Positions 45,338 through 60,350 of a stretch of 64,000 nucleotides of DNA are shown here, one piece after another. A program made the position numbers and the translations under genes. This stretch comes from the human T2T-CHM13v2.0 reference genome, Homo sapiens. The notes beneath the pieces were generated by a model. The model had not been told where the DNA came from. It worked only from the letters and a program-made list of their open reading frames with translations, and did no database searches. The stretch lies in NCBI RefSeq assembly GCF_009914755.1, contig NC_060936.1; one strand, 5' to 3'. Positions within the stretch are counted from its first letter, which is position 1; every line of letters starts with the position of its first letter.

Positions 45338-46499
45338 TAAGTCCTTAATTTTTTTCTTACTCTTCTTATAAAACGTGTGTAAAAAAGGTACTTGAGTGAT
45401 GCATTCCATGTGTCCTATAATAATTGTCAATATATTTCTGTTGATGCCAACTTAACTACATCCTCAAGTTTATATTGTTATCTCATCTCCTGAAAAATGT
45501 ATGTATATTGCTCCATTATCTTCAAACATAAACTGTTATGAGGAAACATCTGAGCCCAGAATGATTGCTTTTTATTAGCATTGTTTTTCCTGACTAGTGC
45601 TTAGATTATTCCTCTCTAACATGTCAAATTTTTTTTTCAGAAAGTCTATTTTATTTAATTTCCTCTGGAACATGGTAAATTATTTTAATCTTTGCAAAGG
45701 CTCAAATCGTTTTGCTAGTTCTAGAAATATTTCTTCTGTTTTTTTTTAATCTCTGATTTCTCTTTATTTGTTTTATTTTCTTATTTTCTAACTTAGTAAT
45801 AGTTTATATTGACTTTCTAAGCCATGTATCAGTATCATATTTTTTTCACACCTTTGTAATTTATTTCACTTTCTCTTCTATACTTAAAGTATGTCTCAAT
45901 TCTCCTCTACACAGAATTGCACACAGTTGTGCTGTTGGGACTTAATTTTAGCCTACACTCCATTTGCCAAACAGTGTCCACTGAGAGAAGCTGAAGCCAC
46001 TAAGAGCTGTACCTTGGTCTTATTCTGTCATTTATAGGAGAACGTTTTTCCTAATTCATCAGCCCAGATAAAGTACCTTTGTCTAAATTGTATAAAGGGG
46101 GCTCTAAAATTATATTCAGAGAGTTGTTTTCTATTTTTCATTAATAATGTGTTTTAACTTCTTACTGGTCTTTCTGTGTCTCTATCAGATTCATAGTTTT
46201 ACTGAGCCTGCATCTCAACTGGTCACCTAAGTGTTATAAACCTACCTGATTACCCTCTATTCATTTCTTCCCACTTACTACTTTTTTTTTAATTTTCCCT
46301 CAACATTTGATTATCAATGTCTGAGAAGTGTACAGTAAACACACTCATACCCCAGGACCTAGATCTACAATTAACATTTTATATTTTATCACATATCTCT
46401 CCAATTATTCATTTCTCTATTAACCCACCATCCATCTTACCTTTTTTGATGAGTTTCCAAGTAAACACCAGAATGCCTCACCAGAAGCCAAGCATTCAC

Positions 46500-48400
46500 T
46501 AGAGCTTAACATTTCTTTATAATTTTTCTCTGGGCTATTGTTTATATATAATGACATGCATAAATCATAAATGCATATTTGTTATTTGCTGAGTTTTGAC
46601 AAATGCATGAACCTGTAAAACCAAAGTCCTTATCAAGAAATGGGATATCACCATAAGCCCACAAAGTTCACTATTTCCCCCTTTCAAGTCAATTCCTTCT
46701 GCTGCCCCCAATTCATGTAAGTACCAGAGAGTGTGCACTCCTATGTCTGACTTTTTTCATTCAATACAATTGCGGGGGCTCTGCTTGTTGTTGCATAAAA
46801 TAGATCTTTCTCTTTTTATTGTTGAGTAGTATTTCATTGTATGAATACAACATAGTTTGTTTATCCAGGCTCCTACTGATGGACATCTAGGCTATTTCCA
46901 GTTTAGGGCTATTTTTTTTAATTAATGCTAAGAACATTACTGTAGAGGTCTTTTGTGGACATATGTTATCATTTCTCTTAGGTAAACATTTCGGAGTGAG
47001 ATTATTGGATAATAGGATGGGTCTATGTTTAGTTTCCTAAGAAACTGAAAGATCTTTTCCAAAATGGTTTTACTATTTTACAGCCCAACCAACAATATAT
47101 GAGAGTCAGTTTACTCTACATCCTTGCTGAGGTAAATGATTGTAAGTCTTTTTAATTTAAGTCATTCTAGTAGATACGTACTTTACATTTTTTCTGAGGA
47201 CAACGATATTGGGCACTTTCATATGACCCATATATCTTATTTTATGCAGTGCCTCCTCAAGTCTTTAGGTCATTTTTATTGGATTTTTTTTTATTATTAG
47301 GCTGTATATATATGAATGAATAACATTAGTCTCCTTGTCAGCTATATCTTTTGAGAATATTTTCTCCCATTCTCTGAATTTCCTATTCAGTTTTTAAATG
47401 TCTGTGGATGAGTGGGATTTTCTAACTTTGAAAAAGGCTGATTTATTACTTTTATTTCTAATTATGGCTTTATTATCTTCAGAAACCTACTGCCCAAATA
47501 CAAAGATATTCTCCCATGTTTTCTTCTACCAGCTATATATTTTTAGCTTTTCAGTTTAGGTGTAGTCTAGTTTGAGTCAATATTTGTGTATTTTGTAAGG
47601 CAAGAGGCAAGGTCCATATTTTTCCAGTAGATATCCCATTTTTTCAGTATATGTTGAAAAGATTTTCCTTTCAACATTATATGCTTTGACACCTTTGTTG
47701 AAATCAAAACATCACAGATGTGTGAATCTATTTAGGGCCCTTCCTCTTTTATTTCTTTTTTTTTACTTTCCTTCTTTTGATCTGTCTGCTGATCCTTAGG
47801 CTAACATCACACGGTGTTAATTACTATACATTTTGATGAATCAAAAGATTGATTTGGGAGAAGTGACACCTTAACAATATTGTCTTCCAATTCACGAACA
47901 AGGTTTAATCTCCAAGTATTTATGTCTTTTAAAATTTATCCCACAAATATTTTGTAGTTCTCAGTGTAGATGCCTTATGTCTTTTAAAATTTATCCCACA
48001 AATATTTTGTAGTTCTCAGTGTAGATGCCCTGCATAAAAATGTATTTGCACCGAAATTTATTTCTAAGTACTTTGTTACTGCTATTGTAAGATAATTATT
48101 TTTCTATTTCATTTTCCAAACTTTTGTGGCTAGTATCTAAAAATACAATTGATCTTTATACTGAACTTGCTAAATTTACTTATTCTAGTAGGTTTGTGAA
48201 AGATTAAGATTTTCTACATAAAAAATCATGACATCCTTAAAGAGAACATTTCATTTCTTCATTCTAATGTTTATGCATTTTGTTTCCTTTTCTTGCTTTA
48301 TTGTGTTGGTCAGGACCTCCGGAAAAATGTGCAATAGAAGTGGTGAGTAAGAAGATTTATGCCATTATTTCATCAAACATTTTTTTCTATACACTTACAT
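46500..48400 (-). mobile_element. Ancient L1M (MC/ME type) remnant
   Basis: Degenerate antisense L1 ORF2/3' UTR motifs (GATGGACATCTAGGCTATTTCCAGTTT; AATAGAAGTGGTGAG). Confidence 0.7.
47920..48029. repeat. Perfect 55-bp tandem duplication
   Basis: TTATGTCTTTTAAAATTTATCCCACAAATATTTTGTAGTTCTCAGTGTAGATGCC twice (47920-47974, 47975-48029). Confidence 0.97.
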
Positions 48401-49716
48401 TTTTTCTGCCTCTCTGAGACTCAGTTATATACATGTGCAATTACACATGTAGATATTGTTCCACAGGTCTCTCAGTCCCATTCAATTTTTATTTCAAGAT
48501 TTTTTATCTCTGTTCTTCAGGTTTGATCATTTTCACTTATCTACCATTAAGTTATTTTTTCTTCTTTTTCAGTGATTGTTTTTCTATATTCTCTCATATT
48601 ACAAGCATATTTTACTTTATTGAGCAGTTATAACAGCTGCTTTTAAAATGTTTGTCTGCTAATTTCACCATCTAGTTCATCTTATAGTCTCTATTGACTG
48701 CACTTTCTGTTCGTAATAGGTCACAGTTTTTGTCCTAATATTTATTAGTATATATGAATTTTGGATTTATTATTAGCATTGTCAATGATACATTATTGAA
48801 ACAATAGATTCATTTCTTCTGAAAAATATTAATAAAAATTTTAGAAGGCATTATCTTGGATGAATTCAAATCCCAAACTCTGAAGTATCACTTTAGATAT
48901 TTTAGTATCAGTTGAGTTATTAGGATGGAGTCTACCCCCATGCATATAGTTCTAGGATCAGCTACAGGTGAGGGAAGAATTTATAGAGAAGATCTCCGGG
49001 TACCCCTACCTGGCTGTCTCTTTTCTGAACTTTCCCCTTTCACTTTCTAACTTCTGTAGGTGCCTTGAACTTTGTCTTTTGGTTCTTCAGTCCAGTAATA
49101 CTGCAGTTGTTTATCTGAGTTTTATCAGCCCTGCATGATGCTGATTGGATTCTGTCCTGGGGATAAACCTCTTTAAATAGTCGAAAATTTACAGAATAAT
49201 GTTTCCTTCTTTCAAGGAAACATTATCTCCCTCCAATATCTGCCTCTTTTTGTTCACGTTATAGTGACTTCAAATATTTTTTTTCTATTTTGTCAGACTT
49301 TACAATTGTCATCTGCAGAAGAGTTCATGTGAGAAGAGTTGTTGGATATTATTACTGTAAGTCAAATTTATCTTTCTTTATAACATTTTGTTAAAGTAAC
49401 TTAGTCTCCTGCCCTGTAGAATTTTCTTCCTTTTGTACTTTGTTGATTGCATCCTAGTGGACTAGTTTAGCATACTTCTCTGTCCTTGGCATCTCCTATA
49501 AATTGACATTTGGATATAGGAACTTGATACAATTTTGTTTAAAATTCTTTTTGACTATACTATTCTATTTCTTCCATGGTTTTGTGTTCTGTTAAGCATC
49601 ACATAATGCCTCATTGTCTCTCTTTTTAGGATGTCCGCAGCTATAGATGGTCAATGCCTTGAATCATTATAAAGTAATGTTTTTTAACTTAGACCCTTAT
49701 ACATGGATAATCACAA

Positions 49717-50352
49717 AGAGGCAGGAGAACAGGATCTGGAGACAGGCAACCTAAGACTGTTTCACGCCGACTTCCTAGAACTAAATTGAAAGGAAATCCC
49801 TAACTTTCCACGCCTAAGTAACAAAAGGAGCAGAGGATACACCCTTTGCAAACCTCCCACCTTTTCTGTGCAGCAGGTGGGAAATTGGCTGTCCACAACA
49901 AATCAGACTGATTGTGGGATGAGTATTTGTTTGCATAGACGCATAACTTTGTAACTTCACCCTAGCCTCTGATTGGTTGCCTTTTGCAACCAATCATATG
50001 TTTGCACGAGAATGTGACCTTTGTAACTTCACTTCAGGCTCTGGTTGGCTGCTTTTTGCAAACAATCAGACTGACTGTGGGCTACCACTTTATTTACATG
50101 AGGTGAGCATGATGTAGCCAATGGGAAACTTCTAGGGGGTATTTGGACCCAAGAAGATTCTGTATCCGGGCCCTTGAGCCACTGCTTGGCCTGTTCCCAT
50201 ACTGTGGAGTGTACTTTTGTTTTCAATAAATCCCTGCTTTCATTCTTTTGTTGCTTCATTCCTTCTTTGCCTTGCTGGGCATTTTGTCCAATTCTTTGTT
50301 CAAAATGCGAAGAACCTAGACAACTTGCATTCACGACCCTCTACCAGTGACA
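49717..50352 (+). mobile_element. MER51A-like (ERV1) solo LTR
   Basis: GAGGCAGGAGAA...GTTTCACGCCGACTTCCTAGAACTAAATTGAAAGG start; AATAAA; ends CCAGTGACA; near-TSD ACAA/ACGA. Confidence 0.85.
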
Positions 50353-50785
50353 ACGATGTCTGAGTATTTTAAACTTCACTAAGTATTGTCAAATGTGCTC
50401 TATATAGTACAATTTCTATTTAGACTATCACTGACAATGAGCACAAAGTACTGTTTCTCTACACCCTAATGGTACATCATTTTGGTATAATTTTTAAATG
50501 TTGTCATTTTTTACAGGTGAGAAATATGTTCAACTGAGGCTTTAATTATATTTAGTCACAAATGAAATTAATCTTGTTTTCTTAGGGTTTTTTGTTTGTT
50601 TTGTGGGTTTTTTAGCTATTCGGTGTCTCTTCTTCTATATCTTCCTTCTCATTTGGCCAGTAGTTGATTAGATAGCATAATTTGTCCTTATTGATTTGTA
50701 AAAGTTCTCAATATATCAATTTTAATCATTATACATATCTCTTGCCAGTTTTTCTTTCACTATGTAATTTTAAACAATTGAATAT

Positions 50786-51293
50786 TGTGGTAGGCAGAAT
50801 AGTAGCCCCTCAAAGATGTCAATGTCCTAATGCCTAGAATATCTAAATACAGTATGCTACATAGCAAAGGGGAATTAAGGCTATATATGGAATTAAGGTC
50901 ACTAATCTGCTGACTTTAAAATAGGAAGATTGTCCTAGATCCTCTTGGTGAGCTCAGTTAAGGACTCACAGGAGTCCTTAAAAGTAGAAGAGAAAGATAG
51001 AAGAAAAGGTCAGAGTGATGCAATCTGAGACTTACTTAACTTGTTGTTGCTGGATTTGAAGATGGAGGAAGGGAGCCATAAGTCAAAAAATGCAGGCAGC
51101 CTTTAAAAGCTGGAAAAGACAGCTAGAAAATCCCCCCACAGCCTCCGCCAATGAAAGCAACCCTGCCGATACCTTGATTTTTAGGCCAGGAAAATTTGTC
51201 AGACTTTTCACCTACAGAACTGTAATATATTTGTGTTCTTCTAAGCCACAAAGATTGTGATGTTTGTTACAGAAGTCATAGAAAACAAATAAA
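50786..51293 (+). mobile_element. MLT1D-like solo LTR
   Basis: TGTGGTAGGCAGAAT..CCCCTCAAAGATGTC start; 5-bp TSD AATAT. Confidence 0.88.
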
Positions 51294-52079
51294 AATATTA
51301 AAAAGTTCATAATATACAGATGACGGTAACATAGTATAATGAACCATGCTGTGCATTTAACATAGGTTTTTAAAAAATTAAGTCATGGCCAATATTATTT
51401 ACAATACCCATATGTACTGGGTTACAATCTAGATTATTTTGAAGTAAACCAGACATTTTATCATTTCTTCATAAATATTTCAGATACAATTATGAATTAT
51501 AAGCAGTCTTTTTGAAACATAACCAAAATATTATTTTATACCTGAAACTTCATTATGGTACCTAACACCATAAATATCCTGTCATTGTTATTTTTTCTTC
51601 TATACTTCATTTGTTTGATATATGCATCCAAATGAAATCTATTCCTTGCAACTGGTTGATATGTTGTTGTTTATTTTCATCTATAGGTTCTCTCTTCACC
51701 TCTTTTAATCTTGTTTGTTTGTTGATATCATCATGCTCTTTATTCCAAAAAGCTTTTATAGTCTGGACTTTGCTGATTGTATATCCATGGCACAGTTGAA
51801 CAAGTTCCTCTATGCCCTGTAGTTCCTGTAAATTTGTAGTTAGCTCCTGAGGTTTCATCAGTTTCAAATTTCATTTTTTTGGTAAGAACATTTCATAGAT
51901 GTTTTCTACTTCTCTCTGCAGACATATAACATATAGTTCTTTTTACTTGTTTTAAACATTTTTACTAATGTGCTATCATACAAAAAAGTTCATATATGTT
52001 CAAACAAATATATTTTCACATATTGATTACAGTAAAATACAAATTTATTATTTTCTCTATATTATTAAAACCCTATAAT

Positions 52080-52655
52080 CCTTTTTCTTTCTTTTTTTTT
52101 TAACACATTTGCAGGGTACAAGTGTAGGTTTCTTATTTGCATATGTTGTGTGAAGTGGTGAAGCCTGGAGTTTTAATGTACTGATCGCCCTAATAGAGAA
52201 CATTGTACCCATACGTAATTTTTCAACCCCTACTACCCCCCACCCACCTACCTTTTGTATTCTCCATTGTCCATTATTCCTGTGTGTCCATGCATACCCA
52301 CTGTTTGGTTTCCACTTATAAATGAGAACCTGCAGTATTTGACTTTCTGCTTCTGAAGTAATTTCACTTAGGAGATAACTTAGGAAATGGCCTCCAGTAC
52401 CACCCATGTTGCTGCAAAAGACATGATTTCATTATTTTTAATGGCTGAGTAGTGTTTCATGGTATCTGTCTATCTATCTATATCAAATTTTTATTATCAA
52501 GTTCTCCATTGATGGACGCTTAGGTTGATTCCATATTTTTGCTATTGTGAATAGTGCTGTGATAAACATATGAGTGCAGGTATCTTTCTGATGTGATTTT
52601 TTTCCATTTGAGTATAAATCCAGTAATAGAATTGCTGGATCAAATAATAGTAGAA
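52080..52655 (-). mobile_element. L1PB-type 3' fragment
   Basis: T-tail, 3' UTR, ORF2 end (FDPAILLL...ITALFTIAKIWNQPK). Confidence 0.88.
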
Positions 52656-54149
52656 TCTTAGAGTTTTTAACTCCACTTAACTCCACTCATCTTTTGTGTA
52701 ATTTTTGTCATGCACTTAGTTCTAAACATAATTTAAACTGTATACTTCACTACATTTTTTAAAATTCAGTATTCTCTTATATTTATCCAGATTTTTTTCT
52801 TGAGTTTTTCATTCCTTCTTGAATTTTTTCATCCAATATTCTTCTACCAGAATTCTCTTTAATATTTCTTTAACTGCAGGGTGGCCTAAAAGAATGTTTT
52901 TACTTTTTGCTTGAAATATTTCTATTACAATTTTATTTTGAAAGATATTTTCAATGAGCACAAAATTCCAGTTTGTGGTTCTTGTAGGGTGTTTGTTTCC
53001 AGCATTTTACGTGTGTCATTTTATTGCTTTCTGGTTTTTATTGTCTCTACGGAGAAATAAATTATCAATCTTATTGATAACCCCTTGAGGTAATGTATCT
53101 TTTTTCCTGTGGCTAACTATACCATTTCTTCTTTATCTTTAGTTTTAAAAAGTTTTACCATGATATGCCCACATGAGATTTTTTTTATTTATTTATCTTA
53201 CTTGGGATTTTTTAAGTATTTTGAATTTGTTGACTTGTATTTTCTACTGGTTTTAGAAACTTTTCAACTATTACCTTTTAAATATTGTTTCTACTTATTT
53301 CCCTTTTTCTGCAACCACAATTATATATATTTTAGATTTTTCAAGCACATCTCTAGTATTTCTGTTTGGTTTGTGTTTTATCCTTTTAGTTTATTTGTGC
53401 TGTATTTTTGAAATTTTCTATTAACCCATCTTTTGTTTAACAAACTCTTTATTCTGTTGTATCGAATATTTTGTTATAATCATCTGAGTTCTTAATTTCA
53501 GATATTACATTTTTTAGTTCTAGAAAGTCCTTTGATATTCTTATAGATTGTATTATCTGGTGATATTCTCCAGTGGTCTATCATTTTTTAAAATTTCTAT
53601 AATTTATTAACATAATATTTTAAATTATCATCATGTAATAATATTACCTTGATCATCTGTGGGTCTGTTTCTAATGTTTGTTTATTTTGATTGTTTTTAA
53701 AATTGTCTTGCCTCCTTTCATGTCTAATAAATTTTTATACCGTGTTATACTTGTTTATAAAAGAACTATAAAAGTCCCAGGAAATAATGTGCTTCATTAG
53801 AGGTGATTCCTGTGTTAGGTAGATAGTGTAAGGGTATATTGTCCTTTCCTTTCCTCTGTTAGGTTGATAGTATAAGGGTATATTGTCTGTATGGCCTTTC
53901 TATACTTCCTGATTTCCTCAGCCTTAAAGAGCTGAGGAAGATTCAGTTATGATTTTGGAGCTCTTCAGTTTAGCTTTTAATCCTCCATCTCTACTTGGCT
54001 TCAAATTAAACTATTTCAAAGAAAAGACCAGCCATGAGTTAAAACAGGCCTTTTTCTCCTATCAGGTCTTTGTTTCCTATTTCTGAAACACTAAAAAATT
54101 GAAAGAGATTTTATTCTGCTATTTAGTATCTTTTAACCCACTTATTTCT

Positions 54150-54258
54150 GTATTTATTTATTTTTATTTTTATTTTTTTGAGATGGAGTTTCGCTCCTGT
54201 TGCCCAGGCTGGAGTGCAATGGCATGATTTCAGCCCATCGCAACTTCCACCTCCCAGT
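54150..54258 (-). mobile_element. Alu fragment
   Basis: T-rich tail plus GAGATGGAGTTTCGCTCCTGTTGCCCAGGCTGG. Confidence 0.85.
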
Positions 54259-56059
54259 TAACCTACTTCTTGAACCTCTTATGCAGGTCAAAATTTAGCA
54301 AATTTTTCATGAAAAAATCTAACCATGGATTTTAGGCTCCTCGTGTTTCCAATGTCCCACAAGTCCTGGGCAACCACTGAAATCTTTATTATTTTCTCTT
54401 CACCCAGAAGAGGTCTTCTGTCTATACCCAGCCTGCTCCTTAGCCTAAATCTACCATAGGGCAATGCCCACAAAGGAAAATAAATAACTGTTGAAAATAA
54501 GAATTCTTCTTAGGAATTTTAACCCACCTAGTTCTTATTACTTCTACAGATTACTAATATCTTCAAAAACATAAGGTTTTATTCCATATAACTTGTCCAG
54601 CCTTTTCTAGTTTTTGCAGTGAAACTACTGACCTCCTATTACCTACTATATTCTATCAAAAGCAGAAATTAGTCTGCTATATTTTAATTTCAGATAATTT
54701 TTCTTAAGATTTTCTGGTCATGTTTTTAGAAGCCAAATAGTTGTACATCCTAACCAACCATTCATTCATCCAACACCTATTTATAGAATACTTATCAAGC
54801 AGTTGTTTTATTGATTATGATTTCTATCACAAATTATTTTCAGATCTAAGTACTTCCTTGGAGTCTTCATCAAGGAACTTGATGAAGTTGGAACTTCATC
54901 AAGGAACTTGGAACTTCCTTGGAGTTCCGTTGTTTTATGTGGCAATTTTCAAAGGTAATGAAATATTACCTTTCATTTGCTCATTGTGTATTAGGCTATT
55001 ATAAAAAGACTACTGTCTGCTTAGTGTAAACAGATACAAAAAGCAATGCATGATCCATTTACATGGATCCATAGGAATTAATCTGGTTCACCTTTGTGGA
55101 ACAAAGGCATATCTCTGCCCTAACTCCTTGATTCTCTATCAGAAACAGAAATAAACTATTTCAGTACAGCATGGCATGCGTTGCTTTCTTATGTAGGCTT
55201 ATTATATGAAAGAACACACTTTCAGGCATGTACACACACACAAATTATATCTAGCAGAATATCATATGCTAATGTGCATCATCTTTAACTCCCTGCTTTA
55301 TTGCTTCCTAGTAGATGTGGGCCCCAAAGTATGCAGAATGTACAAATGGGTCCTAGAGAAAGGATGTTCCTGATTCTGCTTTAGATACCAATACTGCATC
55401 ACAAGGGATTGATTGCCAATTTTCTTGATGCTACATAATCTGCATCACAAAACTAGAAGCATATACCAAGAAGAACTGAACCCACTTCATAGGAGATAGG
55501 CCTACTCTATTTCAAAATGGCGAAATATGTCACAATGCTATCTCTTCTGCTCAATCTGATCTATGGTTATTACAATTTATCCCCAGTTTCATTCAAATGG
55601 CATTCCTAAATGCAGTTAATTTCAGATAAATTAATCAATGAAAACATTAATTCAATTTATACAATGTAACTAAAATGATAATTATAAGATTGCAACAATA
55701 ATAATACAGGTCAATATTAGTTGCATACCAACCGGCATAGAGCATTCAAGTATCCCTGATTACTCGCTCCCTTAAAGAGAAGCACTGATAGAGGTAGGTA
55801 AAGTATAAGGATAAAGTACAAGGATTCCATCTTGCAGTGATCTCAGAGGTAGCTTTTTGGGTAATAGGGAAAACAATTAAAAGTCCTGCTTCTTTGCACC
55901 ATGGGCTCTTTCCCTTTTTCTGGAATAGAAGGGATAGCATCTTTTTGGAGTGAATACTTTGCATCCTCCTTTGAGACCTTGATTCCTTGCAACCCCTTAA
56001 GGCTGGTACAAAGTGGCTGTTAATTATTTTGGAATGGCTTCTTGTCCTGGGGAAGCCTA

Positions 56060-56195
56060 AATCTGTAGTTTCAACAGAAGGCAATTTTGTACCACAGAAA
56101 ACATTTTACCTACTACAATGAGCAGGACAGCCCTCTACAACAAATAATTATTCATCCCAAAATATCAATGTGTTGGGGTTGAAAAACCATGGCCT
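56060..56195. mobile_element. MER20-like hAT remnant
   Basis: CAGGACAGCCC..CAACAAATAATTAT..CCCAAAATATCAAT..GGTTGAAAAACCATGG. Confidence 0.65.
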
Positions 56196-56422
56196 ACAAT
56201 TACCAGATTAAAAAAGAAGAAAAACATAGGTGACACAGGTACTTACATTATGCAAGTCAAAATACTAAGTACTTCAAAGTACTCCACATTTATTATTTCT
56301 AATTTTTATTATCAAAACAACTCTATCATGTAAGTATTATTACCTCCATTTTACACATAAAGGCATTGTATCGGGAGGGATGGATAGATAGATAGAATTT
56401 TAAATATTACAAATAACCCTAA

Positions 56423-56749
<327 letters not shown>

Positions 56750-58778
56750 TAACTAATTTTTCCAGTATTCAGAAAATACTATGACAGTTCAAACTTCCAA
56801 TACCTTGCCTGATAGCTCACAGAGCCACGATTAAATCCAAGTCTGTTTCACTGCAAAAGGTGTTTCACTCCCCTTTCCATGGTATCATTTTAACTCTAAT
56901 AACAGATAAGCATATGACAGCATTTCATTCATCTGAGCCATTGGTGACAACTCGTGCAACTGCTCTGTTGCTCTCAGGTGTGACTAAACACAGAGAGGAT
57001 CAGTCTGAATATATTCACATGTGCGCAGCTTGATACAGTTTTACAAAATATCTCTGATACATTATCTTATCCTCCAAACAAACTTTGAAGTAAATAAAAT
57101 TGTGTACACCAGTATGCATATGAGAAAATTGAGGCTCCATAAATTTAGGTAAGTGGAGGCTCAAACCCAGATCTTTCTAATTCTTTTCATTAACTTTACT
57201 GAAAAAGCCATTCTTACCTGAGCTTCTCTCATATCCACCATAAGTGTTCCTCCAGTGTTTCTCAAACATTGGAACAAGGTGACACACATAGACGGTGATA
57301 ATATTTCCTCAGTCACTTTGGGCAAAGAAAGGTGTTATTTGCTCATCATCCTGGAGATTCACCTATTCCAAACCTTCACTAGCCACAAGAGCGGCAAGGG
57401 CCAATAATTTGGAACACCTGTATCCCACACTAGTGCGTTGTAGACACTGATTGAGATGATCTAGTTAGTCTCACATGTAAGCTTTCTGAGACTTCTCAGT
57501 TTTCTCCATTGTTCACTAAAATGTGGTAGACAAAACTATTAATATTATATCAATAAGAGCATGTTATATATAAAATTTTATAACCAAACTCAAAATGAAT
57601 ATCACCCACATCAGATGCCCTAGCTATACAAACATATTTTGATGTTTACTAATCTTTTAAACATTATAGGACTATTAATTCAAACACTATTCAAAATATT
57701 GCTGGGGATGGATTAAAAAAAACAGTTGCCTCCTAAGAGAGCACAAGTGGCTAGGATGTTTCATTCAATATGTTTGCTCTCTTCATCAACAGAAATCAGT
57801 AAGAAAAAATGAATTATGATATAATCATGTTCTTTTCTAGTGCACCATTAATCCCTATCTTTGCCTGCTATTATAATTCACTTTACCAAACAAAAACAAT
57901 ATTTGTGATATATTAGCTCAAATTTAGTGTAATGTGTCAGGAAACAGAAATATGAATCTCAGACATAATAACATGTCAATATGAGTAAATTTCTTTCTGT
58001 GCTTCAGTCACTTTTCAGCTTATTTCTCCCCCACTGGATTTTGCTCTCTTCAAATAACACTTCCCAGCCCCCATCACACCATTATAAATAAGTTTTAAAC
58101 CTTTTTGAATTAAATAATTTCACAGTTTCCTCTTGGCTAATCTTTTTCTCTAGCTCATCTAGAATTTATATGAAATGTGAACAGATCAAATAATCACATG
58201 CATTCTATTTCTTACTTGAATGTGATAATTGTTAACATCTTCTTGCAGTATTTTCTATTACCATGAATAAGATCCTATCAATTCACTTCATCAAAGATGC
58301 TGAAAAGATTAACCAGAATATATTAAATATTCTAGCCTATTTGATGAGTTTTTGTTGAATTGTGATTGCGAGAGATGGTATAATTTTCAAATATGATATC
58401 TCATATTAGAATATGTCTAGTAGTTTTTTAATAACTAGAAGCTTTAAGCTGCTATGTTAACAATATTTAGTAATTTAATAATTTAGTCTCCTGGTAAGAG
58501 AAGTCACATGCTTATGGAATTCCAGAAAATGAGCTGCCTGTCACCTGTGAATGAATTGTCCAAAACCTAGCCCCAACAATTCAAATATTATAAGTTCAGG
58601 TACCCACTCTTCAAAAAAAATCTGATATTTGTACCCCGTACTTCTTTTTTACATAGAAATTAAACTGAAAAAAATCTTTGTGATTGACCTTTTTTTGGTA
58701 ACCAAAAAAACTTAGCTCTAACCCAAAAGTAAATTTTAAACTATAAACCATGTTTAGAACAGCAACTCCTGCCTACAG

Positions 58779-58780
<2 letters not shown>

Positions 58781-58821
<41 letters not shown>

Positions 58822-58834
58822 GGTACACACACAC
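58781..58834. repeat. (CA)n microsatellite, interrupted
   Basis: Read directly. Confidence 0.95.
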
Positions 58835-60350
58835 AAATTCCTTCTCCCTGTTTCTTCTAAGTAGAGAACTATGTTTATGAATTGAGAAAAAAATTTGAAA
58901 ATAGCTTTTAAATTATGACTCATAATTTGTGGACTGTTAACAGAAAGCTTTTTCAAATGTAAATCTGTTTAGGTCTCTCCTGTGTTTAAAAAGTCTTCAA
59001 TAATTCCAACTCCCTTCCTCTCCCCTCCAACTTCCAGATAAACCCTAAACTCTTTGTTAGGCACCCAAGGCCCTTTATAATTAGACCTAAGCTTATTTCT
59101 TGTCTCTCACTCCTCATTATGCCTTTAGATTCATTCAAGTCTGTCTGATGCTTCTTGAATCTGCAAACCATGACTACTGTTAATTCATGTCTTTGCCTAG
59201 AAATACCTTTCCCAGGTTTCTACATCTGAAAAGCTCAAGTTTTCCCCCACAACGAGAGTCATCGGCATCCCTGCCTTATTTGCTCCTATGGCCCTAGTCT
59301 ACTGCTCAGTCTTATGCTACCTTGTTCAGACCTCTTCCTCAGAGCACAAAAAATTTCAAAAGAACAAGAATGTTTGATCCTCCTCCAAGAAACATAAAGG
59401 AGCTTAGAATGTGCATTTTGTACAGTCAACTTACACATTTCAGCCTAAACTTATTTTTCCTAATAACCCTATTTTTTCAGTTAATTTGTTTTTCATCGTG
59501 TTGGATTATATCACTACATTTTTAAATAAATAAATATAGCTCTATTAATTTAAAAGCTGGCATTAGGATTCTATTAGAGAAAATTGTCTTTATTAGGAAG
59601 CACGTATTTAAGCCAGGGAGAAAAGGTAAGCTGGGAGGGAATGTGTTGGTAGGCTTCAAGACAACAAAAGAGATCATTAGATTGCAACAACAGCGAAGAG
59701 GAATTCCTGGTAAGAAAGAGAGAGAAAGCAGAGAGGAGGGGCAGAAGACAGTATAGTAGAGGGTTTTAGTTTGAGTTTTGACTATCACAGAGGAATTTAG
59801 GAATGGAATGATTTTAAGATTAATATTAAGCTGGTTTTATTAATGTAATGCAAACCTTCTCATCTTCCAAACACTGAGTAAATATCCTGCATCAAGGAAC
59901 AGAATTCCACCTCCGTGATGTCTAGATTTATATTAAGTACATTGAGGATGATGTAAGAGGATCTCTAAACTAAGCTAACTGTGGAAGTGGGAGTTTAGAG
60001 TAAGGTGAAACCATGAGAAGGTAGAAACTCCTTAACTTTCCAAGAATATGGTGCTAGGCACTGGCCACAATCTATGGAAAATAAGTTAAGTCAATTTAAG
60101 CTGTACTTTGAGGACAGTGTGACTCCATCTGATAGCTACTATAGAAGAAAATCAATTATAGCACCATTAACATAAGACTTTGTTTGAAAATGCTTAGCAG
60201 GAGAAGGCTCTAAATGATTGTTCTAATTTGGGAACCAAGGGGGATAATTTTTATTGGATTTTAGCAAGAGAGGTTGCATCATTTTCAGATAATTTTAAGA
60301 ACAGCGTAAGGACAAAAACAAATTTGAAATAAGAGGTTTAATTCTTCTGT

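Noticed and set aside
53810-53890. Imperfect ~34-bp direct repeat
   Set aside because: Ordinary old local duplication within decayed L1; two copies, not an array
57212-57420. Minus-strand exon ending in a strong CAG|GTAAGA donor
   Set aside because: No convincing polypyrimidine acceptor or coding signal; a donor alone is not evidence
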